A stretch of 64,000 bases of DNA. Source: an uncultured Gammaproteobacteria bacterium (GTDB lineage Bacteria > Patescibacteriota > Patescibacteriia > UBA1558 > 2-01-FULL-52-15). Where the stretch lies: assembly GCA_964402565.1 (NCBI GenBank), contig CAYOCJ010000001.1:96079-160078 (forward strand), given 5' to 3'. Positions 48,301 through 55,375 of this stretch are shown here, one piece after another. The notes under the pieces were generated by a model. It saw only the letters and a list, made by a program, of their open reading frames with translations, was not told the DNA's origin and did no database searches. The position numbers and the translations under genes were made by a program. Every line of letters begins with the position of its first letter. Position 1 is the first letter of the stretch.

Positions 48301-49408
48301 GACGAATCCGGAGCCATATATTTTCAGCGGGACGCCGGTTCATTGCGAGGTCGGCACGACGTATACGAATGCGCTTGGATACACCTTGCAAGGATATGGG
48401 CCGACCGCCGGGAACGAAGCTGACAATATTTGTACGAGCCATGGCCGGTGTATACCATCCTATCAGGTAAAGTATGCGCCGCCACCGGTAAGCACCGGCA
48501 AGGTCATGTGTGAACGGCAGCCGGATAAGGGTTATTTACCGCTCTGCAACCCGGATGTGGAGGATTGTACTGGTAAGAAGCCAGACCAGATCGTCGAGGC
48601 CCCTGCCTTGCCATTGGATCTGACGCCGTCATCGAGTTTGAATGGACTGACCTCGGTGCCAGGCTATGCGCCGTATATTATTCCGGCAAAATGTGATGAC
48701 ACCGGCACGAAGTGCAAGCAGTCCACCCCGATCTATCAATTCCATGTACCGAATGGCCCGCTTGGAGCCCCGAATGACAATGGCTTTAGCGTCAATAATG
48801 TTCTTGGCAGTGAACCGTCGCCGCTCAATGTGGTGACTGGTTTCCAGAATATGCTCGCGTCATTGAAGTTTTACATGGCAGCAGATAAGAACCATATTCC
48901 GATCAGATATGTTGATCTTGACTGGGGCGATGGGCTGTCCCAGACGCGCGTCGGCTACTATAAGAATCATCTCGAACAATGTGATCCGGCAACATTCGGA
49001 CCGCTCACGCCGCCTGCGCCTCAGACATCGCTTGATTATGCAGGTTCAGACCAGGCATGCCGCATCGCATTCAGGAATTATTTGCACGTCTATGCCTATG
49101 ATATCGCCTATACGTGCGGCCGATGTGATAATAATGCAGCTCGCTCATGCGGACGCGATGATGACTGTGCTACCGGCGGCAAATGTACGACGCGAGGCAT
49201 CGATGGAGCTGTGTCATGCTACAGGCCGCGCGTTATGGTCCAGGATAACTGGGGCTGGTGTACCAATGGCGTGTATGGAACGACCGGGGTAGGCTGTAAA
49301 GACACGCAGGTGGTCAATAGTGGCCAGCCGCCATCACCTCAAAGCGATGCGGACGGGTATGTCCAGTTCAAAGGATTGATCATGGTCTACAAGGATCCCA
49401 AGCCATAA
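39383..49408 (+). CDS. giant secreted cysteine-rich protein (3341 aa)
   Basis: Uninterrupted 10,026-nt ORF. The N-terminal signal peptide is LTFLLSIVLASTLFFAGSARPVQAAG. Hundreds of Cys residues occur in CxxxxC and GSC contexts, with no TM helix beyond the signal peptide. It is translationally coupled to both neighbours. Confidence 0.6.
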   Translation: MDRRPKIILTFLLSIVLASTLFFAGSARPVQAAGVITFSPTEFMQTIKEWITKLKEIGWKKAAITALDKVSSNFINKIAQDAGNYLATGGKGQSGLQRRESFGAILRKDGEAALGDFVQDLSSETALDKLGLNLCNPTAQLKANVSLQLLDAGNPVPLGKSGCNIRDIQQNWRNFAEANTNGSGLTANVSYGNTLGINGSSITGPGLVAGSCQGTTQGSCGFENPIASSLPDTGVCDVTTSSSQNQFVSCKQTADCIAAGLLGATCRQIAQLCSSDAECTDGSKCLKAGGSSGSCYSDADCPGDTKCVGASGANSGVPYLQVTSNFSAEEKLKFLTDLETSQSDLTFASAIQAKADELKAAKEKVATMDATACGNYKDVGSKITDDYIHKNCAEIEGLKAKTDAPSSQDEVAQLKSEGENAFWLNAAKIFGRSLISGLLKKYIRAGSFSLAEVGQRTDVNAVRENIIQQLRGGVTSPLNALNVVNNVAEAKKPSLDKVDNYDYLSLFTQCPDDRNLVELDNCTLDDNFASAIRDKKTLAEALADGVIRGDLPLISNLNTSLNSDPFCVRNGYCHSNIVRLRKYRIIPIGWEIAASLSPIDAPVTLQQVVDCFENGGACKFDAASNVYYHLIDPNWVLKAPETICKAEGFGPKLISTETAERQQYCADGISCLAEDDAGNCVGGYGYCTKENNIWRFNGEQCPAQFASCTVFTSTEDHKSVSYLGNSVDTCDASQNGCKWYSKSQDNVGTESNPNLVWNPNDRIYFNKTVAKCDADQVGCTEFVSLLTPGVNLITNGDFDYFTPSSTTNLADPNWMNDNLVDKFDGWQGSADTYTTRDNAYFGSDGLSAKNGGRVSTNAITGILADKTFTLSWFAKSGTANNCVTDVAISSATTAAQSTPVTYTKDWKRFELTKTFDVNTLDTSVNISFSTACDDVPVATADEIYIDGVKFELNSRSSGFTQYAENGKVYLKSGSRCTKDDVGCDLYTATESGFKVPGKIDSDDRCPAECVGYQSYLELPSQFDVLEKIPLPAPAPRPVDFIAKTAAACPATEVNCEEFTNEEEVAQGGEGKHYFSFVRQCVEDALGSTYYTLEGSDTAGYQVRTWRLLASDLPSGQPCTNVDIGAKNCIDASSTPATCTAADMATDLNCREFFDISGIPHYIQQDHVIASSADCQAFRRTSTGTTFYALGKDSRACSAQNNNCREYRGNQSNNLRTLFTDYFEQGNTGEWNTTNASLSTEAVSTGGHSIVNKNASDVLTTTLTRNATNKTYKIEAGREMYMEFWMKNINPVQVVFHADSTYSFPTTTMAVPNDWQQYRVGPVYIGNAIDAAPSLTIIPFGGNPLAPVYFDNIILRESLSNVFIIKDSWKTPASCDQPIPGAMLGCQEYTNKAGTAYDLRSFSKLCSNEVIGCQAFINTQNSTNPFQKIYNANDKSEVIVPEDNISYLVYSEQNRCYSQSKGCSALGAPQLNLDLPEDHPKYIDGYKVLTLINNPDTYDTTLCTDAGLFCEEYTDSKAQTVYFKNPHDRICEYKDNINISGRIQSGWFQKKSLEPGQTPVGCSDDGVLPIEDKDFRIYKNVDYDYTGWAGECSAQYDLCTEFKDPLDTQGDNAVTNADFGLVDASGQPLNWKDHIWSWPYSSTPPASWLQASPGQQIAISRLQPYGSISFGQDFSNVDGTDVFAYSVDVNVQRMTHGLNPQIGVNLSCHFDSPRDIDFCSTSIRTTTESCTSTTDCKAGGACSAGFCQYPNGNYNYTKPCGPNNSCAAGTMCYTFSWSACEGPGPDGNFNNRNDDDYTNMQCAGATGTDDTACVNRFGAGYRCLSWPYKKDLDRDYVLDYTTYLSNPYLYDKWQNVRRVVDLGADSGQRKVYECTLWLNLSNWYGYNQQSRNDYNNPGTGAPPGPRACAPVSTYDYEMSCGDTYCTIPGPDGIPGNADDTATTVRCTTSTSTVAPTVANGDAGCRLPVGSGGTGNATAICGSNVAYPAEVWWKNPLFKKAKSYFYLNNEEVDTQSCNGQVGKKDGCLLFLDMSKRDVKSYDAFSTYDKSAGNGGGLVQPVTCVAGSTTCSNDSNTIVKVRRDRQCAEWLACRSATEVFDSANNSFRQICDQVGTCNEYKPGSDIMNCANWVAPSKQRLEYGYYVNRSIDFDAADYSGYSIYNDYQVGTLSLVDVSTLGSPPTGPDGRNPDYRLVRVIDTCDSSQPPYESPCGPVDPLNPGEKLGRCFATNKCVVGIDGSRFSRDSDFVIKRSTRAWAEKDSPFPYSVVDKDQGDTRKVKFGFQDATICDTKNASCEDRYYKFQYGSTNSVTKYFSADVQLSGGAIPACVCQGGEYDNRECGTKDTGGALVCSNNITRHCTVDTDCPSVVVAGVPTTGACKDGPDGKMSPEERCPDNGSPLYLRKSDSFLNWPGFCLEPDNRANINGSQTERACLNWLPVDNAPVGYDFFNQNREAGYSYKAPAYYCLDVGLYELRVNHYFGCKCDYQCNNSLNPDPTAYAIRQGAQCGCKFNPLDPNPHTNCILGFNFGLLGCGWRHPFDKKKDCYAVPIPNGPGLYSYNNNTIAGWENPPDPSCRVLAQTVDERGENAAMTNLFWSNYNGGSGYAIGDIPIGTSTAKLGYKLDKDDKPFGSAVPNGLGFVTDKLQIQKPGTIPRAGSPYACSSSVQSCSYFDPANLSSFAVQGWTTPYVGWGNEPYTIGVRRLKEIYRKIFNLYTWQEGNLCEDMVCGRPNDPDSPNVSENGGYYGGQPCSAGDTNSCNESAGATSCVHIQDKCVNSVFNDTDPASELYQGCGVCTRVGFISESAPQKRCMSNWGDTNGDNVNDTSGLFATAAACNAADLDPGAATVTCSIAYPAGGCAPDPNDPSGRFRCFSEPFAGNDCKIPLNPNYLSCEGTPATCHYGSGATKEDTGVPCNGVSDCTGTITSDPDSLQGLLDNINSQSYCADINHKEGSYDYEAGDFCVGEPFSVRIQSTNPEPYIFSGTPVHCEVGTTYTNALGYTLQGYGPTAGNEADNICTSHGRCIPSYQVKYAPPPVSTGKVMCERQPDKGYLPLCNPDVEDCTGKKPDQIVEAPALPLDLTPSSSLNGLTSVPGYAPYIIPAKCDDTGTKCKQSTPIYQFHVPNGPLGAPNDNGFSVNNVLGSEPSPLNVVTGFQNMLASLKFYMAADKNHIPIRYVDLDWGDGLSQTRVGYYKNHLEQCDPATFGPLTPPAPQTSLDYAGSDQACRIAFRNYLHVYAYDIAYTCGRCDNNAARSCGRDDDCATGGKCTTRGIDGAVSCYRPRVMVQDNWGWCTNGVYGTTGVGCKDTQVVNSGQPPSPQSDADGYVQFKGLIMVYKDPKP

Positions 49409-49411
49409 ACT

Positions 49412-51940
49412 ATGATGCGGCTAAAAAACACAAAAAAAGTATTGCTTGCTCTGAGCGCTGTCGCGATCGTTTCGATCGGGATCTCGTTCGCACATCCGGT
49501 ATATGCACAAGAATGGGTGGCAAAAACATTCGGCCCTATTTTGCTGAATGTGGTCTTCTTTCCGTTCATTACGCTCCTCAACAAACTGACCTTCGCCTTG
49601 GTAGAGGTTGCAAAGTATAATACATTTGCCGATGCGCCCATCGTCGATAAAGGGTGGCCGATCATACGGAATATCAGCAATATGTTTTTCGTGCTGATAC
49701 TCCTGATCATTGCGATCGGTACGATCGTGAAATGGGAAAAGGTGAATTATCGGCAGAATTTGCGTCGGCTCATTATCATGGCCTTGCTCATAAACTTCAG
49801 CAAGACCATTGTCGTATTTTTCATTGATGTTTCACAGATTTTCACCCTGACCTTCATCACGGAGGTGAACAAGGTGCTGCAAGTAGGCATCATCACCGCA
49901 CTTGGACTTGATAAAATTGCAAATCCGGTCACACAGGGCGCACTTCAGACAACGGAACAAGCTAGTATAAATCTATTTACCTATATTATGGCTGGGGCCA
50001 TGGTCGCAGTCGCCTGCCTTGCGGTCGCGGTCATACTGCTTATTTTCCTGGTTCGCATCTTAGCATTATGGATGCTTATTATTTTCGCGCCGCTCGCGTT
50101 CATTTCAAGCGCATTGCCTCAGACGCGGGAATGGTATGACAGATGGTGGAAGCAATTAGGATCTAATGTAACATCAGCGCCGGTTTTGGCCTTTATGCTA
50201 TGGCTTGTTTTTGCTGTGATCGCAGATAATAGCGGCAAAGTTCCCGAGATCGTAGCACAAGGCGGCACTGGCAGCGGCGTTGATGCAAGCGATATTATTG
50301 GATTTGCGGTCGGCATCGGTTTGCTGATCTACTCGATCCGGATGGCTGTATCTATGGGTGCAGCCGGCGGATCTCTCGCATCGAAGCTCCAGAGCAGAGT
50401 TACCGGAGTTGCGAAATCCGTCGGTAACCGAGTTGCCTGGGGCAAGAGCGGACAGGGAGGAGCCTTGGGCCGTGCGAAAAGCGTTGGCCTTCGCGTGGGC
50501 GGTGCTACGGCTGCTGGCGCTGCTTTTTTGAGAGTGCCGCTGGCCGGCAGGCTTGCTGAGAGCGCCACGATCGCCCACACCAAGCAAATGAATGCACGCG
50601 ACGCGGCTGAGGAGGAGCGTCGCAAGTATATGACCCGGCCGCAGCGCGAAGCTCAACTTGAAAGATCCATCGGCCCTCGTTTCATCGCAGATGCGCTTGA
50701 GAAACGAGGCGGCATCCTAGGCAGAGTTGGCGGCGCATTGAAGACTGCATCTGCACCGCAACGTCGGGCTGCGATTATGGAAAGGGCCAAGCGAGGGCAC
50801 TATACTGAGAAAGATGAAACTGATCAGTTCATTGTTTCTGAAAAAGAGGCCAGCCTTGATAGACAGCATTTAGTTGCATCTGGCGCAAGCGAGAAGCAGC
50901 TCGAAGAGTATGATAAGAGCGTCGGCTTGCGCGGCTTAAATGCACAACGAAATGCGCAAGGTGACTTTGTAGACAAGTTCGAGGGTGAGCGCCATCAGCG
51001 CTTGATGAAAGAGATGTTCGATGAAGGTAAACTTAATAACGATATTAAAGCGCGAGACACAGACTATGCCTCTAAGCTGATCGGCAAACAAACAGAGAAT
51101 AAGATCGTTGAGTTTACTGAAAATGTACAAGGAGCTGCGAAAGATAGGATCGTTGATAACCTCGTAGCGCAATTACGAACAGTGAACGCTAATATTGCCG
51201 CCGCAGGCCCAGGCCGCGCATCAGCTGATGATCTGAAAAATAAAAAGAAACTCGATAATGCAATTTCACGGATCGACTATAAGAGAGCTATGGCCTCGGG
51301 TTTCATTGATATGAACACCATAGCGAATAAGATCGAAGATGATAAGCTCAACGATTTCTATGACGAAGTGAGTCGCGTTGATGCATCAACGGGCAAGGCA
51401 GATCAGACGCATGAGCTGAGCACGTCCAATATGAGCAGGATCTTAACCTCATCGAAGGTGCTTGATAATCAGAAAGAGACCCTCATGGATAATATGATGA
51501 AACTCGCGAATGATCCATCCGACGCGATCCGCCAGGCAGCTGCTCAGAAGAAGTTCAATGAATTACGCAAGGGAACTTCGACAGCTAAGATCGTGACCGA
51601 GCATGTAGATACCCGTTTAGCAGTGCCTACGCCGAACCCTGATGTTGTTGCATGGCAAACGTGGGAAGATAGCCATGATCAAGCGCAGGCGAAGAAATTA
51701 TCGACCAAGCAATTGACCGAAGCAAAAGGCCGCATGGATAAGTTTAAACCTGATCAAAATGTCAGGCACTTTGATAAGAACGGCAAGCTTCAGGAGAACT
51801 GGTCATACGAGAGTTTTGATCCTATATCTGGTATGATAAAAATCCGCATGGACAAAAAAGATAAAAGCGGCAAGATCATTGCCAAAGGCACGCCGATCGA
51901 AGTGCCGCTGGCAGAATTTACACAGAGGAATTACGTTTAA
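49412..51940 (+). CDS. VirB6/TrbL-like polytopic membrane protein with a Gly-rich linker and a charged coiled C-terminal half
   Basis: Signal-like N-terminus, at least 6 TM helices in the first ~300 aa, a Gly/Ala-rich segment GAAGGSLASKLQ...VGGATAAGAAF, then a ~500-aa hydrophilic K/E/D-rich region. It starts 3 nt after the giant-gene stop. Confidence 0.4.
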   Translation: MMRLKNTKKVLLALSAVAIVSIGISFAHPVYAQEWVAKTFGPILLNVVFFPFITLLNKLTFALVEVAKYNTFADAPIVDKGWPIIRNISNMFFVLILLIIAIGTIVKWEKVNYRQNLRRLIIMALLINFSKTIVVFFIDVSQIFTLTFITEVNKVLQVGIITALGLDKIANPVTQGALQTTEQASINLFTYIMAGAMVAVACLAVAVILLIFLVRILALWMLIIFAPLAFISSALPQTREWYDRWWKQLGSNVTSAPVLAFMLWLVFAVIADNSGKVPEIVAQGGTGSGVDASDIIGFAVGIGLLIYSIRMAVSMGAAGGSLASKLQSRVTGVAKSVGNRVAWGKSGQGGALGRAKSVGLRVGGATAAGAAFLRVPLAGRLAESATIAHTKQMNARDAAEEERRKYMTRPQREAQLERSIGPRFIADALEKRGGILGRVGGALKTASAPQRRAAIMERAKRGHYTEKDETDQFIVSEKEASLDRQHLVASGASEKQLEEYDKSVGLRGLNAQRNAQGDFVDKFEGERHQRLMKEMFDEGKLNNDIKARDTDYASKLIGKQTENKIVEFTENVQGAAKDRIVDNLVAQLRTVNANIAAAGPGRASADDLKNKKKLDNAISRIDYKRAMASGFIDMNTIANKIEDDKLNDFYDEVSRVDASTGKADQTHELSTSNMSRILTSSKVLDNQKETLMDNMMKLANDPSDAIRQAAAQKKFNELRKGTSTAKIVTEHVDTRLAVPTPNPDVVAWQTWEDSHDQAQAKKLSTKQLTEAKGRMDKFKPDQNVRHFDKNGKLQENWSYESFDPISGMIKIRMDKKDKSGKIIAKGTPIEVPLAEFTQRNYV

Positions 51941-51963
51941 TAAGACCATTTTGTATTCACTAG

Positions 51964-53241
51964 ATGCTCTATTCGTCGATCTCAGATTTACCGCTTGAAG
52001 TGCAGGAAGTGCTCATGAGCGAAGATGATGCTCAGAAGAACGAGCAGTTGAATGCTGATTTTCGATTATACAGGGGACAGTTCGTATTTCTCCTGGATTT
52101 GATAGTCGGTACGATCCTGGGAAAGTTCGAAGTGCTTGATCTGCCGACTCGGATTGCAAAAATGCCGGATGCAGACCGTGTTGATGTCCGTGCATTATCA
52201 TTGCGCATTGCACTCGATAAACTCTGGCCATTGCAGGATTTTCTGAAAAAAGTAGATGTGCTTATCAACCGGCTCGGCGGGCGAGTGCCCGCGAGGATCC
52301 CCTTGCCGTCTCCGGAGGCAGTATCCGAGGCAGAAGAGGCTGCTGAATCTGAATCACCAGAGATCGTCCAAGGTGCTGCGAAAGATATTCTCGTTCACTA
52401 TAAAGCGTTTTCAGATCTGTATCTGACGCAAAAACCTATCCGCGACAGTGAAGACAGACTGAAGGCACCGACTCTGAACAACTGGCTTCAGGATTATTTG
52501 CATACGGTCGGCGCAGAAGGGACCGGCAGCTTGAAACGGAGCAAGTACCTGAGCAAGAGCGCGAACGCATTGGCATTGAATGGCCCTGAGAAGCAAAATG
52601 TACTGAATTTTCTGATGTCCTATGAAGAGCAAATGCCGATGTATTGGCAGGTTGCGGAAACGCAATTCCTATTGATCGACAGCGAGATGCCCCAGGAACA
52701 GAAAACAGCGGTCCAGCAGAAGAAATCAACAGAGCAAATGTCAGAATTGGTGGCGCGATATCGAGCAGTGCAAGAAAAGTACTCTGCTATTTTTGCGGAT
52801 AAGAAGAATGGGCTGGAGCTCGAGATCAACGGCAATACGGGAAAAATTGCTGACATCGTTTGGGACGCTTTAGGCCTCGGCGATACGGACAGATGTTTAG
52901 CGGCGATCGATCTGCTCATCGATCATCATTGGCTCCTGGAGACATTAAAAACAGATCATCGGTTCCAGGGGATTGTCGGCCGCAGCATCGGTGTGCGGTA
53001 CGGCGTGGAAGCAAAAAACACCTGGAATGGGGATTTGACTTCGTCAGTAATGCTTGCAACATTCTGGAAATTAGTATTGGTCGAGAAATTAGGCATCGAT
53101 GAAACAACCGCTGCCATTCTCGCTGATCTGTATAGAAAAAAAATGGATCAAAAAATAAGCCCCATGTATCTGGATCTGAAGTCAGGCGCATTTCAGTTCA
53201 GAGAGATCGCCTATAAAGACAGAGTTTTGAATTTTGCATAA
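51964..53241 (+). CDS. hypothetical cytoplasmic protein, last gene of the giant-protein operon
   Basis: 425-aa ORF 23 nt downstream. No motif recognised. Confidence 0.4.
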   Translation: MLYSSISDLPLEVQEVLMSEDDAQKNEQLNADFRLYRGQFVFLLDLIVGTILGKFEVLDLPTRIAKMPDADRVDVRALSLRIALDKLWPLQDFLKKVDVLINRLGGRVPARIPLPSPEAVSEAEEAAESESPEIVQGAAKDILVHYKAFSDLYLTQKPIRDSEDRLKAPTLNNWLQDYLHTVGAEGTGSLKRSKYLSKSANALALNGPEKQNVLNFLMSYEEQMPMYWQVAETQFLLIDSEMPQEQKTAVQQKKSTEQMSELVARYRAVQEKYSAIFADKKNGLELEINGNTGKIADIVWDALGLGDTDRCLAAIDLLIDHHWLLETLKTDHRFQGIVGRSIGVRYGVEAKNTWNGDLTSSVMLATFWKLVLVEKLGIDETTAAILADLYRKKMDQKISPMYLDLKSGAFQFREIAYKDRVLNFA

Positions 53242-53257
53242 ATAAAAAAACAAAGAC

Positions 53258-53300
53258 GAACCGCGCCCGGAAGCCTACTGGCTTCCGGGCGCGGTTCTTT
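53258..53300. terminator. bidirectional intrinsic terminator
   Basis: GAACCGCGCCCGGAAGCC-tact-GGCTTCCGGGCGCGGTTC is a perfect 18-bp stem flanked by an A-run on one side and TTT on the other, between convergent genes. Confidence 0.6.
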
Positions 53301-53324
53301 GAATATTCAACTGTAGTAGCGCTA

Positions 53325-53885
53325 TTAGTTCGCGCGTTCAACGTACTCGCCTGTTTCTGTATTGAGGCGAATCGATTCTCCTGAGTCTATGAATAACGGC
53401 ACCCTGATCTCGATGCCGGTCTCGAGTGTTGCGGTTTTCGTAGCAGATCCCGATGTGTCGCCGCGAACTCCTGGAGGAGCGCTGGTGACCAACAAGGTGA
53501 TCTTCTTGGGCAATTCTATGATAAGCGCCTTGCCATTATAGAGCATCACGTCGACGTTCTGGCCCTCTTTCAGGTAGCCGGCGCGTTCAGCGATGATGTC
53601 TGAGCCGAATTCGTATTGCTCGAAATTCTCAGAATCCATGAAGTAGAATTTACCGCCTTCGGTATACAGGAAACTTGCCTTTCTGCGTGTCAGGTCGGCT
53701 TCCTCAGCCTTATCACTTCCTGAGAAGCTTTTTTCAAGCATCGCGCCGGTCAGAAGATTCTTCAATTTTGTACGCAATGTGGCGGCGCTTCTGGCAACCT
53801 TAATATGCTGCGTAAAAACAACTACGTACGGCTGCTCATTCAGCGTTAAAACGGTTCCTAATTTGATCTCACTCATTGAAAGCAT
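53325..53885 (-). CDS. efp: elongation factor P
   Basis: LNEQPYVVVFTQHIKVARSAATLRTKLKNLLTG aligns to the EF-P region GEPYxVxExxHVKPGKGxAFxRxKLxNLxTG. The C-terminal GDTSGSATKTATLETG and RVPLFI are conserved. The tip loop is atypical, KVARSAA in place of KPGKGQA. Confidence 0.7.
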   Translation of the reverse strand: MLSMSEIKLGTVLTLNEQPYVVVFTQHIKVARSAATLRTKLKNLLTGAMLEKSFSGSDKAEEADLTRRKASFLYTEGGKFYFMDSENFEQYEFGSDIIAERAGYLKEGQNVDVMLYNGKALIIELPKKITLLVTSAPPGVRGDTSGSATKTATLETGIEIRVPLFIDSGESIRLNTETGEYVERAN

Positions 53886-53905
53886 AGGATGGCGTTACGA
53901 ATTGG

Positions 53906-54136
53906 TTAGCGGGGAGTATACGGTATCAACGCCATGTAGCGGGCGCGTTTGATCGCGGTCGCCAATTTTCGCTGATGCTTCGAACAGACGCCCGATTTGC
54001 GCCGCGGGACGATCTTCGAGTACGAGGAAGTGAATCTGAGCAACCCCTGGCCATTCTTGTAGTCGATGGTCTTCATAGAGTTTACGCAGAAATCACATGC
54101 CTTTGTCCTGGGTTTCGTGGTATTGGTTGTTTGCAT
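53906..54136 (-). CDS. rpsR: 30S ribosomal protein S18
   Basis: IDYKNGQGLLRFTSSYSKIVPRRKSGVCSKHQRKLATAIKRARYMAL matches the S18 core. Confidence 0.75.
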   Translation of the reverse strand: MQTTNTTKPRTKACDFCVNSMKTIDYKNGQGLLRFTSSYSKIVPRRKSGVCSKHQRKLATAIKRARYMALIPYTPR

Positions 54137-54144
54137 ACTGTTGC

Positions 54145-54594
54145 TTAAAATGGAATGTCTTCGATATTAATTTCTTCTTCAGGTGCCGGACTTGCTTGCG
54201 GTGCCGGTTCATCAAATGATGGCTCATTCGATTTCGATGCATAGTTCTGAGAACCGCCGGACATGCCTGCTTTATCGAGAAGGATCATATTATCAGCGAT
54301 AATCTCAGTGCGATAGCGCTTGATGCCGTTTTGGTCATCCCAGCTGCGATTTTGCAATCTGCCTTCGAGGTAAATCTTGCTGCCTTTTTTGACATATTGT
54401 CCGACGATCTCGCCAAGTCTGCGCCAGGCTACAATATTGTGGAATTCAGCTTTCTTTTGCTGTTGGCCGCTTTTATCTTTCCAGACCAAGTTCGTGGCTA
54501 TCGAAAACGATGCGACTGATTGGCCGGACGGCGTTGTCCTCACTTCAGGGTCCCTGACAACGTTGCCGATGAGCATAACCTTATTCAGGTCCAT
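54145..54594 (-). CDS. ssb: single-stranded DNA-binding protein
   Basis: N-terminal OB-fold motif MLIGNVVRDPEVR and the acidic tail ending EDIPF. Confidence 0.8.
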   Translation of the reverse strand: MDLNKVMLIGNVVRDPEVRTTPSGQSVASFSIATNLVWKDKSGQQQKKAEFHNIVAWRRLGEIVGQYVKKGSKIYLEGRLQNRSWDDQNGIKRYRTEIIADNMILLDKAGMSGGSQNYASKSNEPSFDEPAPQASPAPEEEINIEDIPF

Positions 54595-54604
54595 AGGATT
54601 GATA

Positions 54605-55093
54605 TTAATTGATCATCTCAGTATCAAGGAGCTCATCGAGCTTCTTGTCGAGATCATCAAGGCTGATCTTTGCATCCTTCTTTGATTCGGTCGTCGAATC
54701 ATCCTGCGGAGGAGTATCTGATCGCTTGCCGCGTGCATCAGTGCCCTGCATGCGCGTGAGCGCCCGGCGCTTTGCATTCTCCTGCATGAGCAGTTCCTTT
54801 GCGGACATCGGCTTTTTATCCAAAAGCAAATACCGCAAAACGAGCTTATGCAGCCGGAGGTTTTTTTGCAGTTCAGCGATCGCTTCTGTCTCGATGTCAA
54901 ATTCGTTCAGCAGGTAAAAGCCGAACTTTTCTTTATTAACGGGGTAGGCAAGTTTTTTCCTTCCCCAGGATTCCTGCTTGGTGACAGTGCCGCCAAGCTT
55001 TTTCACCCAGCCAGAGATCTCGTCTTGGATAGGCTCTAACTGGTTCTCAGGCACATGGGCCGAAACCAGATAGAAGAGTTCATAATGCTTCAT
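54605..55093 (-). CDS. rpsF: 30S ribosomal protein S6
   Basis: MKHYELFYLVSAHVPE...GGTVTKQESWGRKKLAYPVNK matches S6 (MRHYEIVFMVHPD... in E. coli), with an acidic C-terminal tail. Confidence 0.7.
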   Translation of the reverse strand: MKHYELFYLVSAHVPENQLEPIQDEISGWVKKLGGTVTKQESWGRKKLAYPVNKEKFGFYLLNEFDIETEAIAELQKNLRLHKLVLRYLLLDKKPMSAKELLMQENAKRRALTRMQGTDARGKRSDTPPQDDSTTESKKDAKISLDDLDKKLDELLDTEMIN

Positions 55094-55375
55094 GAACACC
55101 TTACATTATTAATAATTAAGTAAGGACCCGTAGGACAAGGCCTATGGGTATGGTTGATTACGATGCCCGCAGTGTCGCGCCTGCTCGCAGGCTGGCACGG
55201 AGGGTCATTTAGGATAATCCCGCAAAGCAGGACTATCCTCGTAACGAGCCGGCTGTAAGGCCAGGCTCATACATGATCTGTTAACTATGTAAAAGAAAAC
55301 GTATCGGCGATTACCGTATCATAGAAGCCTCTCTTTGTCAATGATTCTGTGCTATACTATAGGCTATACATTCGT

